DNA of 64,000 nucleotides from Candidatus Saganbacteria bacterium (GTDB lineage: Bacteria; Margulisbacteria; WOR-1; XYC2-FULL-46-14; WPAF01), in contig JACRPM010000013.1 in the NCBI GenBank assembly GCA_016223205.1, positions 5,002-69,001 of the forward strand. The letters run 5' to 3'. Positions 49,569-59,230 of this stretch are shown piece after piece; within the stretch, counting starts at the first letter, position 1, and each line of letters opens with the position of its first letter. A model generated the notes under the pieces. It saw nothing but the letters and a program-made list of their open reading frames with translations, ran no database searches and was not told the DNA's origin. The translations under genes were made by a program, and so were the position numbers.

Positions 49569-49745
49569 ATGACTTGTAAACCCAACGGAGCCGAAAGCGC
49601 CGTCTACGGCCTGGGCCTGATCGGCGCGCTGGTTTATTATATCCAGCACGCGACCTCGTTCTGGAATGGGATACTGGGGATCATCTATTCCTTTTTCTGG
49701 CCGGCTTTCCTGGTCTTCAAACTGTTAGAATTCTTTAAGATGTAG
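49569..49745 (+). CDS. small hydrophobic protein (58 aa, 2 TM), below the ORF-track cutoff
   Basis: ATG preceded by aaaaggagg and an upstream TATAAT; two predicted TM helices. Confidence 0.5.
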   Translation: MTCKPNGAESAVYGLGLIGALVYYIQHATSFWNGILGIIYSFFWPAFLVFKLLEFFKM

Positions 49746-49755
49746 TTGCGCCCTT

Positions 49756-50166
49756 TTATCTAATCCCCTGCTTCAGCGCCCGATCGACGGCGACCATAAG
49801 CGTGCGGCTGCTGGAGGATGCGCCAGTCACCGCATCCACTTTGGGGGACTGGGCCTTCATCATTCGATCGATGGTCACCCGTGCCTCGTAGCCCGGACCG
49901 CATTTCTGGTCAACTAGGGTGATCTTTTTTATCCGGTGGTTCTTGACCGTTACTTCAACTCTGGCAGAAACCACAAAATTGCCGAAACTGCCCACATAGG
50001 TCCCGTCGGCCACTTTTTTAAGATCGACCTTCGTGAGCTTGGCGCTTTCTTTTTCGATAGAACCAGCCATTCCCGCCAATCGATACATCAACAGCCCCAC
50101 ACCGAGAACGATCAGCAATAAGATAACTCCGACGGTGATAAGGATCTTTTTAAGCATATTATTCAC
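49756..50166 (-). CDS. FMN-binding domain protein
   Basis: N-terminal TM helix and FMN_bind motif DAVTGASSSS. Confidence 0.7.
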   Translation of the reverse strand: MNNMLKKILITVGVILLLIVLGVGLLMYRLAGMAGSIEKESAKLTKVDLKKVADGTYVGSFGNFVVSARVEVTVKNHRIKKITLVDQKCGPGYEARVTIDRMMKAQSPKVDAVTGASSSSRTLMVAVDRALKQGIR

Positions 50167-50199
50167 TCCTTAGGGCATAATGGCCCGCGCGCAGTCCAC

Positions 50200-50658
50200 T
50201 CAACAATGGCCTCCCGGATGTTTTAAGAAATATTTTTGGTGATACTCCTCCGCCCGCCAGAAGGTTCCCGCCGGGACGATCTCGGTAACTATCGGCTTTT
50301 GGTATTTTTTCTGTTCTTTCTCTTTTGAGATAAGCGCCGCCCGCTTTTGCCCTTCATCATGATAAAAGATCGCCGAGCGGTACTGCGAACCGATATCCGG
50401 GCCCTGGCGGTTGGGAGTGGTGGGGTCGTGCAGTCCCCAAAAGGTCTCCAACAGTTTTTCGTAGCTTATGATCTTGGGATCAAATTCGAGCTGGAGGGCT
50501 TCGGCGTGGCCGGTCTTATCCGAGCAAACGTTCTCATAGGTAGGATCTTTAAAATGCCCGCCGGTGTAGCCGACGGCGGTTTGGGTAACGCCCTTAAGCC
50601 GGCTGAATTGCTCCTCAACCCCCCAGAAACACCCGGCGGCGAAGGTGGCTTGCGGCAT
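50200..50658 (-). CDS. msrA: peptide-methionine (S)-S-oxide reductase
   Basis: GCFWG catalytic motif directly after the internal Met; the track ORF's first 55 residues look non-coding. Confidence 0.85.
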   Translation of the reverse strand: MPQATFAAGCFWGVEEQFSRLKGVTQTAVGYTGGHFKDPTYENVCSDKTGHAEALQLEFDPKIISYEKLLETFWGLHDPTTPNRQGPDIGSQYRSAIFYHDEGQKRAALISKEKEQKKYQKPIVTEIVPAGTFWRAEEYHQKYFLKHPGGHC

Positions 50659-50660
50659 TA

Positions 50661-50846
50661 TTAGGATTTGCTGGCCTGAAAGCCGGACTGGCCCCAGTTT
50701 TCCTTCGGTATGTCCTTGATCACCACGATGACGGCCTCGGGCGGACAGCCCACCGTATCGCACACCGTTTTGGTGACGTTCTTGATGAGCTTTTCTTTGA
50801 TCTCGGGGGAACGGCCGGCCCACATCTCGATATTAATAATAGGCAT
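50661..50846 (-). CDS. 4-oxalocrotonate tautomerase-family protein
   Basis: [13 protein letters not shown] with Pro-1 and about 61 aa. Confidence 0.8.
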   Translation of the reverse strand: MPIINIEMWAGRSPEIKEKLIKNVTKTVCDTVGCPPEAVIVVIKDIPKENWGQSGFQASKS

Positions 50847-50850
50847 GATC

Positions 50851-51435
50851 TCACCTCGCCGGTATTATAGCAGATAACAGCAGTCCGCCCAGGGTTATGA
50901 GGCCGAAGAAAATAAAGGTCGCCGCGCCCAGCCACTTGATGTGGTTTTCCGGAATGAACTTCTTGATGAAACCTCCGGCCAGCGCGGCCGCCAGATTGGC
51001 CGCGACCATTCCCACAGTCGCTCCCAGCCAAACCAAAAAAGGCGCGCCGTATTCGGCTGATAGGGCGAAAGCGGCCAGCTGGGTCTTATCCCCCAGCTCC
51101 GCCATAAAGAAAGCCGAAAAGATGATCCAGAAGGGTTTTCCTTTGTTCTTTTTCGTTTCCTCCGCTTTTTCTTTGCCGAAGAAGGTCCACAGGCCGAAAA
51201 AGATGAACGCGCATCCGGTGAACAATTGCAGGAAAAAATCGGGCACAAAACGGTGGATAGCACCGCCCAATACCACTGCCAGCGCCATTAAGGCGGCGGT
51301 GGCCGAGCCCACCGCGACCATCACTTCCCAGAACGGATAGCGGGCGGTGAGCGCCAGGGTCAATAGCTGGGTTTTATCACCCAGTTCGGCCGCGGCAATG
51401 ATCAAAAAGCTGGAAAAAGCCGGCCACAAATTCAT
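50851..51435 (-). CDS. UPF0016/GDT1-family membrane transporter
   Basis: Two E-x-G-D-K-T motifs (ELGDKTQL x2). Confidence 0.8.
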   Translation of the reverse strand: MNLWPAFSSFLIIAAAELGDKTQLLTLALTARYPFWEVMVAVGSATAALMALAVVLGGAIHRFVPDFFLQLFTGCAFIFFGLWTFFGKEKAEETKKNKGKPFWIIFSAFFMAELGDKTQLAAFALSAEYGAPFLVWLGATVGMVAANLAAALAGGFIKKFIPENHIKWLGAATFIFFGLITLGGLLLSAIIPAR

Positions 51436-51475
51436 GGTTCGCCAATTATACTACACTATGTTATAATCCCGCCTT

Positions 51476-52807
51476 GTGGAAAGGTTATCTTTATTAAAAC
51501 TTCGGCATAATCCCAGCATCGTCATCATCGTAAGCTTTGCGCTCATCATCTTGACCGGCGCCCTGCTTTTGTGGCTGCCGTTCTCGACCGCCTCCGGCCA
51601 GACCACCTCTTTTATCGACGCTTACTTCACCGCCAATTCGGCCACCTGCGTCACCGGCCTGGTGGTGGTGGATACCGGCTCGCATTACACCTTTTGGGGC
51701 AAGCTCATCATTTTGGGGCTCATCCAGCTGGGAGGCCTGGGATACATGACCTTTTCCACGCTGATCGTGATCTTGCTTAGACAAAAGGTCTTTATCTCCC
51801 AGCGGCTGGCGGTGAGAGAAGCGCTGAACCTGTTCTCTTCCCAGGGCGCGGTGCGTTTTATCCTATACGTTTTCTCCATCGTCATCTCGGTCGAAAGTTT
51901 AGGCGCGGCTGTGTTGTTTTTTAGGTGGTGGCCGGAGATGGGGCCCGGGGCGGCCTTTAAATCCGGCGTCTTCCACTCGGTCTCGGCCTTCTGCAACGCG
52001 GGGTTCGACATTATGGGGGGGTTCCGGTCCATGACCGCTTATGTGGGAGATCCCGTGGTCAACCTGACGATCATGAGCTTGATCATTATCGGCGGCATCG
52101 GTTTTATGGTTTTGGCGGATATCATCGAACGCCGCAAATTCTCCCTGCATTCCAAGCTGGTGATCATCACCACTTTGTTCTTGATCTTCGGCGGAGCGGG
52201 ATTGTTCTTCTTGTTCGAACATTTAAATCCGCATACTTTGGGAAACCTCCCGCTGGCCGACCAGGTGTGGGCGTCGTTTTTCCAATCGGTCACGGCGCGC
52301 ACGGCGGGATTTAATACTATCGACCTGTCGCGGCTGGCCGGCCCGGCCATCTTTGTCCTGATCTCCTTGATGTTCATCGGGGCCTCTCCGGGAGGCACCG
52401 GAGGCGGCATCAAGACCACCACTTTCGCCCTCCTGCTTTTAACCATGCGGTCGGCCATTTTGGGCCGCTACCATACCGAGGTCTTCGGCCGGAGGATCAA
52501 TTACGAGACGGTGCGCAAGGCCCTGACCATCGCGCTTCTGGCTTTTTTCCTGGTGATCTTCTCTTCGGCGATCGTAAGCTACCAGGGATTTGAATTTTCA
52601 AAGATACTTTTTGAGGTCACTTCGGCCTTCGGCACGGTGGGGCTCTCGATGGGCCTTACCACCAAATTGTCAAACTTGAGCAAGATCGTGGTGGCGCTGA
52701 CCATGTTCATCGGCCGGGTGGGGCCGCTCACCTTGTTCGTGGGCTTAACGCTTAGCAAATATGAAAAGAAGACGACGTTCCCGAAAGAAGATCTATCGAT
52801 AGGATGA
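51476..52807 (+). CDS. trkH: Trk/Ktr-type potassium uptake membrane subunit
   Basis: TrkH/KtrB-like with multiple P-loop GxG segments. Confidence 0.85.
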   Translation: MERLSLLKLRHNPSIVIIVSFALIILTGALLLWLPFSTASGQTTSFIDAYFTANSATCVTGLVVVDTGSHYTFWGKLIILGLIQLGGLGYMTFSTLIVILLRQKVFISQRLAVREALNLFSSQGAVRFILYVFSIVISVESLGAAVLFFRWWPEMGPGAAFKSGVFHSVSAFCNAGFDIMGGFRSMTAYVGDPVVNLTIMSLIIIGGIGFMVLADIIERRKFSLHSKLVIITTLFLIFGGAGLFFLFEHLNPHTLGNLPLADQVWASFFQSVTARTAGFNTIDLSRLAGPAIFVLISLMFIGASPGGTGGGIKTTTFALLLLTMRSAILGRYHTEVFGRRINYETVRKALTIALLAFFLVIFSSAIVSYQGFEFSKILFEVTSAFGTVGLSMGLTTKLSNLSKIVVALTMFIGRVGPLTLFVGLTLSKYEKKTTFPKEDLSIG

Positions 52808-52839
52808 TCCCGCTAGGTCGGGATAAAGGAGAGTAAAAA

Positions 52840-53493
52840 ATGGCGAAGAAGAAACAGTTCGGGGTTTTGGGGCTGGGAAGGTTCGGACAAAAGGTGGCCA
52901 AAGAGCTGGCCATGCGCGACCAGGAAGTGATCGTGATGGATAAGGACGAATCCAAGGTCAACGTGATCAAGGACCTGGTGACCCACGCCTTTATCGGGGA
53001 CATGACGGAGGAGGGTGCGCTTAGGGAGGCCAACATCCCCAATTGCGACATCGTGGTGGTGGGCCAATCCAGCAGCATCGAAGCTAATCTTTTATCGGTC
53101 CAGCTCTGCCAGGAGCTGGGGATCAAGGAGCTGGTGGTGAAGGCGCAATCCACCCTGCACGGCAAGATCTTGAAAAAAATGGGCGTCACTTCGATCGTTT
53201 ATCCCGAACAGGATACCGCGGTCAAGCTGGCCGACAAATTGACCCTGCGCGGGGTCTTGGATTACATGGAGATCAGCAAGGAGTTCGACGTCATCGAACT
53301 GCGGGCCGGGAAAGATTTCAACAACAAAAACCTGCGGGAGCTCAATTTGCGCAAGAAATACAATGTAGCCGTGGTGGCCATCCGGCGCGGGATAGAGTCC
53401 ATCATGAATCCCGACGGGGAGACCGTGATCCTCGACGGCGATATCCTGATCCTGTTGGGCAAGATCGAGGACTTGAACCGCATTACCGGTTAA
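52840..53493 (+). CDS. trkA: Trk/Ktr system NAD-binding regulatory subunit
   Basis: GLGRFG Rossmann motif and a TrkA-C domain. Confidence 0.85.
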   Translation: MAKKKQFGVLGLGRFGQKVAKELAMRDQEVIVMDKDESKVNVIKDLVTHAFIGDMTEEGALREANIPNCDIVVVGQSSSIEANLLSVQLCQELGIKELVVKAQSTLHGKILKKMGVTSIVYPEQDTAVKLADKLTLRGVLDYMEISKEFDVIELRAGKDFNNKNLRELNLRKKYNVAVVAIRRGIESIMNPDGETVILDGDILILLGKIEDLNRITG

Positions 53494-54499
53494 ATAGGAA
53501 TTCCGCTTTCAGCCGGCACTCTTCCCATTCCCCCTCGGGGGTGGAATCCCACACTATCCCTCCTCCGACCCCCATTTCGCCCCGTCCATCTTTCAGCAAA
53601 AGCGTGCGGATGGGGATGTTGAAGAACAGGTCGCGATTAGGCGCGATCCAGCCGATGGCCCCGGTATAGATCCTTCTTTCTTCTTTTTCCAGCTCCCGTA
53701 TGATCTCCATGGAGCGGATCTTGGGAGCGCCGGTGACCGAGCCGGTGGGGAAAAGCGCGGAAAAAAGATTCAAGAGTTTTATCTGCAGATCGAGCTTCCC
53801 TCTCACGGTCGAGGTCATCTGGCATAAGGTCTTATAGCGGGCCACTTCAAATAGTTTGGGCGTTACCACCGAGCCCGGACGGCAGATCCGGCCCAGGTCG
53901 TTGCGCTCGAGATCACAGATCATCACGTTTTCCGCCCGGTTCTTTTTATCTTTATGCAACTTTCTTTTCACCCACAGGTCTTCCCATAAGGTTTTCCCGC
54001 GATGCCAGGTGCCCTTCATGGGCTTGGTCATGATGTTCTCTCCCTTTTTTTCGAGGAAGAGTTCCGGGGAAAGCGAAAGTATCTTGAATTCGTCGGTTTC
54101 GAGATAAGCGGGGTAGGGGACGGGCTGTTCTTTGAGCAGTTGGCGATAAAGTGCGTAACTATCACCTGTAAAGTCGAATTTATACTTCAGGCAATAAGTG
54201 ATCTGATAGGTGTCGCCGGAGGCAATGTGGGATTTGATGGACTCGATATCATGGGAGTAGGATTCGTAATCGATGTTCACTTTGGCACTCCTCACCCCTT
54301 CGCTTCGCTCTTCCCCTCTCCATCTTTGATGGAGAGGGGTGGGCCGACGAATGTCGGACCGGGGTGAGGCATAGATGCCGAAATGAAGCAGCGGGAAATC
54401 GTAGGTCTTGTCCTCCCGCAGGGTGTCCTCGAAGGCGTAGCCGGCTTCGTAAGATAGAAAGCCCGCCAAATGAAAGCCCTTTGCCAGTGCGGATTCCAT
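53483..54499 (-). CDS. pabB: chorismate-binding enzyme (aminodeoxychorismate/anthranilate synthase component I-like), short
   Basis: C-terminal chorismate-binding signature GGGIVWDSTPE. The N-terminal region carries an in-frame REP-like palindrome at 54313-54339. Confidence 0.7.
   Translation of the reverse strand: MESALAKGFHLAGFLSYEAGYAFEDTLREDKTYDFPLLHFGIYASPRSDIRRPTPLHQRWRGEERSEGVRSAKVNIDYESYSHDIESIKSHIASGDTYQITYCLKYKFDFTGDSYALYRQLLKEQPVPYPAYLETDEFKILSLSPELFLEKKGENIMTKPMKGTWHRGKTLWEDLWVKRKLHKDKKNRAENVMICDLERNDLGRICRPGSVVTPKLFEVARYKTLCQMTSTVRGKLDLQIKLLNLFSALFPTGSVTGAPKIRSMEIIRELEKEERRIYTGAIGWIAPNRDLFFNIPIRTLLLKDGRGEMGVGGGIVWDSTPEGEWEECRLKAEFLFNR
54313..54339. repeat. REP-like palindrome (copy 5), in-frame inside the pabB-like gene
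   Basis: ccctctccatctttgatggagagggg, encoding PLHQRWRGE on the minus strand. Confidence 0.7.
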
Positions 54500-54596
54500 T
54501 TTTTCAAATGCCGGTGCGATCTCGCGGGGATGATAGGCGACGATCAGGCCGTTAGGATCCGAAAAAGCCCGATCTTTGAATTCTATATAAATAAAA

Positions 54597-54624
54597 AGCC
54601 ACCCTTCTTACCTGGGTGGCTTTA
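54597..54624. terminator. bidirectional hairpin terminator
   Basis: aaaagccaccc-ttcttacc-gggtggcttt. Confidence 0.5.
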
Positions 54625-54699
54625 TGGCGAGCGGAGTCGAACCATTAGCCTGACATGGCGCTTGAATTATAGCATAATATAATGATAAGATATTTCACA

Positions 54700-55644
54700 A
54701 TGCCGCCTAAGACAAATCTTGAATATTTCAATGTTTCCATGGACAATCCCGAGTTTTTAATTGACGGCCATTATGCGCATCTGGAAAACATTTTATCAAA
54801 TACGCAAATAATAAATAATGTAAATGCAATTCGTGAGGAAATTAAAAGGTTAACGTCGGAAGGCGTAAAGTATCAGAAGATCGATTATTTAAAACTATTT
54901 AATCTATTAAGAGCCGAAGGCGCCCAACTAACCGAATTGTCCGCATTTGCTGTTGCTTGCGGGATGAGTCATTCTTCCCTGGTTAGTCTGCCTCAAGGAA
55001 GCGCTTTGGAGGCCCTTCAAAATATAATCGATTTATATAAGAAAAACCGCGCTATTTTATATTCAAACATTGATAATAAATACGAAATTATTCAAGCCAT
55101 GTACGATGTTCGCGCGTCTTCAAGAAGGGGCAAGATCGGGCAGGATAAAATATTGAAGATCTTATTGGAAAGAGGAGTGCCACAAACTAACATCTGGAGC
55201 AGTTTCGAGAATGACAAAAACGCAGTTGCCGTCACACAAAACGCAGGCGCCTTTTCAATTAAGAATCTGCGGAAATATCTCCGTATAAGTTTCGATTTCC
55301 GGCATCAGGAAAAAATTATCGATATTCTGCTTAAGATTAGCGGACACTATTTTCTGATTGAAGCAAAACACATCGACGAATCCGGAGGGGCCCAAGACAA
55401 GCAGATATCCGAAACCATCGATTTGATAAAACTTACCGAAAAAGGGAACGGAATTCACTACCTTTCTTTTTTAGACGGAAGATATTCAATCGGATTATTC
55501 GGCAAAAACAGTATAACCCCCAGCCCCAGAAATAAAATGGATCGGCAAAGGAATGAAATTCTGGCAACATTAAAAAGAAATAAGCAAAATTATTATTTGA
55601 ACACTTTCGGTTTTATAAAGCTTCTGGAAGATTGCGCCGGATGA
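54700..55644 (+). CDS. putative type II restriction endonuclease (PD-(D/E)xK-like), AT-rich
   Basis: IIDIL...FLIEAKH fits the D...ExK motif; cotranscribed with an NPPY methyltransferase; about 35% GC. The track start 54682 overlaps a TATAAT box. Confidence 0.5.
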   Translation: MPPKTNLEYFNVSMDNPEFLIDGHYAHLENILSNTQIINNVNAIREEIKRLTSEGVKYQKIDYLKLFNLLRAEGAQLTELSAFAVACGMSHSSLVSLPQGSALEALQNIIDLYKKNRAILYSNIDNKYEIIQAMYDVRASSRRGKIGQDKILKILLERGVPQTNIWSSFENDKNAVAVTQNAGAFSIKNLRKYLRISFDFRHQEKIIDILLKISGHYFLIEAKHIDESGGAQDKQISETIDLIKLTEKGNGIHYLSFLDGRYSIGLFGKNSITPSPRNKMDRQRNEILATLKRNKQNYYLNTFGFIKLLEDCAG

Positions 55645-57104
55645 AAGATATAATCACAAAAAAAAGAGGAAGGTTCTATACTCCGCAAGAAATATTTAAT
55701 CGTTATATTTATGGGCCGTTTCTAAGCGACCTGAAACTTTCGGATTATATAATTGTTGATTTTTTCTGCGGAACGGGAGACCTTCTAATTCCGCTGATAG
55801 AAAGGTTTGATAATATAGGAGAGAGGAATAAGATATTTCGTGAAAATATTTTCGGTTTTGACATCGACGGCTATGCGCTAAGCATATTTAAGGGTAGACT
55901 TTTACAGATGGGCATAAAAGAAAAATACATCAATGAAAATATCATAAAAAAAGATACGCTAAAGGAATTGCCTTTGGATCGCTTGCACGGGAAAAAAATA
56001 ATACATATAACTAATCCTCCTTATCTCTATAAAGGATATTATGTGAAACAAAAAGAAACCCGGGAATTGAACGGGTATTTTGACAATCTGGACATCCCAC
56101 TGCAGGACCTGTATCAAAAGGCCTTATATAATGATGTAATGGGGAATCTTGAAATGATGATTTATATTATCCCTTCAAATTATTTATTCGGTGAAGTGTC
56201 GGCCGGCGCCATTAGAGATGCGGTTTTTAATCGCTATTCAACCGATAGAATATTCTGGTTTACCAAGCAAATCTTCGATGAAACCGACATCAATACGATA
56301 ATATTGAGATTAAAGAGGAAAAAGACGGCAGTCAGGGAAATACAGGATATAAAACTCATAGAATGCAATGGCCGGGAGAAAGAAAGTAAAATTAAATTGA
56401 ACCCAAGCAATCATTATCGCGCCGGTTTTGAGTGGGACGAATGGCTTCAAAAAAAGAAAGCTAAGAATCACCCTGATTTTGAATACTACTTAAAAACAGA
56501 AGACCTAAAAAACAATAAGGGCAAAAATGAGGTATGTGTTTATGATTTTAGCATCTCGAAATGCAAAAAATATTCTGTAAATAACGAGGTGTGTAGGAAG
56601 ATTAGAAAGAATCATTTAATTATCCGTACATTGGATACCGGATCAAATAATGGAAGAATAGGTATTTATGAACATTCAAAAATATATGGAACGGCCGGCT
56701 TAACAACTTCAAAAGGATGTTTTAGGACGACGCCGATACAGATATTATTTTATAGGGAATTATCTTATACAGATCAAATATTTATCATGAAATGGTGCAA
56801 TTATTGGCTGGAATATTTCCGAGGTAAATTAAACAGCATATTCCTGACTACTTATCGCCACACCTCGAAGAATTATACCCGAAAAATTATCGGACTAAAA
56901 AAAGTCAAAGAATTAATATTTACCTGTCCGGTTTTATCTTGCGGCGCAGAGAAAAAACAAGCGATATTGAGATCAATCGAAGCTAAAAGTCACGCGGAGC
57001 TATTAAATATAATAGAAGAAAGAGATAGCGACGGCGATCTTTCTTTTCGGATACCCGAGAAGGAAGTTAATCGGATAAAATATTCAGCATACCAATATGC
57101 ATGA
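55632..57104 (+). CDS. N6-adenine DNA methyltransferase (gamma-class, type II R-M)
   Basis: GRFYTPQEI, FCGTGDLL motif I and NPPY motif IV; AT-rich. Confidence 0.75.
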   Translation: MRRMKDIITKKRGRFYTPQEIFNRYIYGPFLSDLKLSDYIIVDFFCGTGDLLIPLIERFDNIGERNKIFRENIFGFDIDGYALSIFKGRLLQMGIKEKYINENIIKKDTLKELPLDRLHGKKIIHITNPPYLYKGYYVKQKETRELNGYFDNLDIPLQDLYQKALYNDVMGNLEMMIYIIPSNYLFGEVSAGAIRDAVFNRYSTDRIFWFTKQIFDETDINTIILRLKRKKTAVREIQDIKLIECNGREKESKIKLNPSNHYRAGFEWDEWLQKKKAKNHPDFEYYLKTEDLKNNKGKNEVCVYDFSISKCKKYSVNNEVCRKIRKNHLIIRTLDTGSNNGRIGIYEHSKIYGTAGLTTSKGCFRTTPIQILFYRELSYTDQIFIMKWCNYWLEYFRGKLNSIFLTTYRHTSKNYTRKIIGLKKVKELIFTCPVLSCGAEKKQAILRSIEAKSHAELLNIIEERDSDGDLSFRIPEKEVNRIKYSAYQYA

Positions 57105-57993
57105 GCATCGAGCCGACCAAAAACCTCTGTTCATCGCCTTAAGCATCACTTTCCTTATGATGATCGTGGAATTTGCGGGCGGCTTGCTTTCGAATTCCCT
57201 GGCCCTGGTCTCGGACGCGGGGCACATGCTTACCGATACCTCGGTTTTGGCCCTGGCGCTATTGGCCTTCTATATTTCCCGCAAGGCCGAGGCCACGCCC
57301 GAAAAAACCTTCGGCTATCACCGATTGGAGATCTTATCCGCGCTGTTTAACGGCGCGGCCCTGCTGATGGTCGCCGGGGTCATTTTATTCGAATCCTATC
57401 AGAGATATCTTCATCCCGCGCAGGTGCACAGCCAGCTGATGCTGGTCGTTGCGGCGGCCGGCCTGCTGGCCAATCTTTTGGGAGCGTGGGTCCTCTCTTC
57501 CGGCCGCAGCGAGAACCTCAATATCAAGGCCGCCTTCTGGCATATACTCTCTGACGCGGTCTCCTCGGTGGGGGTGATCGTAGGCGGGCTTATCATCTAT
57601 TTTACCGGCTGGCAGGCGGTCGATCCCATCCTCGGCGCGCTTATCGCCCTGCTCATTATCCGCGGGGCCTGCGATATACTTTCCGAAGCGGTGGAGATCT
57701 TGCTCGAAGCCACTCCGCGCGATATTAAATTAGATGAGGTGATCGAGGCGGTCAAGGGGATCGAGGGGGTAAGGGGCCTGCACGATGTGCATATCTGGAC
57801 GATAACTTCGGGATTCAGGGCGCTGGCCGCCCATGTGGAGATCGAAGATGCCCAGGTCTCGGCCTGCGGGGAATTGTTGGAAAAGATCAACCGGCGGCTG
57901 CACGATAAATTCAACATCGACCATGCTACCTTACAGCTTGAATGCCGGAATTGTTCCGCTGAAAGGGGCTGTATCAGTCCGCATAAACATTGA
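57097..57993 (+). CDS. cation diffusion facilitator family transporter (CzcD/ZitB-like)
   Basis: Six TM segments, HxxxD motifs and a C-terminal CTD; Cys/His-rich tail. Confidence 0.8.
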   Translation: MHEHRADQKPLFIALSITFLMMIVEFAGGLLSNSLALVSDAGHMLTDTSVLALALLAFYISRKAEATPEKTFGYHRLEILSALFNGAALLMVAGVILFESYQRYLHPAQVHSQLMLVVAAAGLLANLLGAWVLSSGRSENLNIKAAFWHILSDAVSSVGVIVGGLIIYFTGWQAVDPILGALIALLIIRGACDILSEAVEILLEATPRDIKLDEVIEAVKGIEGVRGLHDVHIWTITSGFRALAAHVEIEDAQVSACGELLEKINRRLHDKFNIDHATLQLECRNCSAERGCISPHKH

Positions 57994-58831
57994 ATTTCTT
58001 TACGAAATGATGGGGATGATAGGAAAGCTTGGCGGTGCGCAAACCGGCGATCCCCATATCCTGTTCGCGATTAATATATTTTAAATCCGCCCACTCATTT
58101 TTCACGAACTCTTGGTTCATCAGCTGGGCCAACCCCTCATAGCCGGGATGGGCGATCTCAAAATATACAATGGCGGTCTCGTCATTTAGTTTTTCCCCGA
58201 TGGTTACCGCCACGATCTTATCTCCGGCTGCGATCGCTCCCCCGGTCAAGCCCAACTCCTCATAATTTTTTAAAAGTTCCTCCCAGATGGTGCGCTGGGC
58301 GCTCTTCCCCTTTATCCATTCCTCGAATAGGGCGGTGCAATCTTTGAGGCGGGCCGCGGTCAACTTTACATATTGATAAGCGTGCTGGCGGGTGAATTTG
58401 CGGATGCGGTTGCGCTTGCCGTCGTATTTTTTCCCTTTTAACTCGGCGAGGTCCCGCGCCAGATACACATAATCGAAATTGTCGCGGTCGGGCTCCACCC
58501 TTAAATTGCCGCAATATTTTTTAACGAACCATTCGGGGACGCGGGAAAGCCGGGGCGCGTCGCGCAGGCAGATCTTAAGAGTTTTTTCCACTTCGTTCTC
58601 GCCCAGCGGCGGCAGGAAAAAGGCGGGCTCGTTTATGGGTTTAAGCAGGAGGCAGAGATTGCCGTGGACCAGGGAAAATTCGGCGTGGTCGAAGCACCGC
58701 CACAAGAAGGAATTGGCGAAGGTCAGCTCTCCGCTCACCGGCGGATATTTCTTCTGGAATTTTTCAAAAAGCTCCCGGTCTTTTACGTCCAGCAGTTTGA
58801 ATTCGGGGTATTTGGGAGGGTGACCGGTCAT
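57974..58831 (-). CDS. DUF2156/FemAB-like acyltransferase-fold protein (tentative)
   Basis: About 285 aa, co-oriented with a GNAT gene; the domain call is from memory and uncertain. Confidence 0.35.
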   Translation of the reverse strand: MTGHPPKYPEFKLLDVKDRELFEKFQKKYPPVSGELTFANSFLWRCFDHAEFSLVHGNLCLLLKPINEPAFFLPPLGENEVEKTLKICLRDAPRLSRVPEWFVKKYCGNLRVEPDRDNFDYVYLARDLAELKGKKYDGKRNRIRKFTRQHAYQYVKLTAARLKDCTALFEEWIKGKSAQRTIWEELLKNYEELGLTGGAIAAGDKIVAVTIGEKLNDETAIVYFEIAHPGYEGLAQLMNQEFVKNEWADLKYINREQDMGIAGLRTAKLSYHPHHFVKKFNVYAD

Positions 58832-59229
58832 GGATGGACCATCACGGTGCAGTTTTGCTTTGAGCAGCCCTCGCACCAGTCGGATTTTTTAACCATGGAG
58901 GGCGGGACTTTCTCCGCTTTGATAAATCCCTGTTTGGCGAAGTAACCCGGGATGATGGTCGCCAGATGGACCGGGCCGGCGGCTTTGTTTCTAAGCTCCT
59001 CAATTAGCTTTCCGCCGAGGCCCTGTTTACGGAAGTCCTCTTCCACGCCGAAAGTGGCGATCTCTGTGCAGTCCGGGTGTTTTATCAGGCGGCCGATGCC
59101 GACGATCTTCTTTTGGTCCTCGGCCAACAAAAATTCCTCGGCCTGCATATCGTTGGAGTCCAGATAGAGTTTTTCCGCCAAGGCGCGGATCGCCGGAAAA
59201 TCTTCCATCCGGGCGGAGCGGATGACCAA
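58828..59229 (-). CDS. GNAT family N-acetyltransferase
   Basis: RKQGLGGKLIE acetyl-CoA binding motif. Confidence 0.75.
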   Translation of the reverse strand: MVIRSARMEDFPAIRALAEKLYLDSNDMQAEEFLLAEDQKKIVGIGRLIKHPDCTEIATFGVEEDFRKQGLGGKLIEELRNKAAGPVHLATIIPGYFAKQGFIKAEKVPPSMVKKSDWCEGCSKQNCTVMVHP

Positions 59230-59230
59230 T

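Noticed and set aside
54625-54700. Possible complete tRNA gene on the minus strand
   Set aside because: Only a T-arm/acceptor-like 3' half (GGTTCGACTCCGCTCGCCA) is present and no complementary 5' acceptor strand was found upstream. Kept as a fragment observation only, not called as a tRNA feature.
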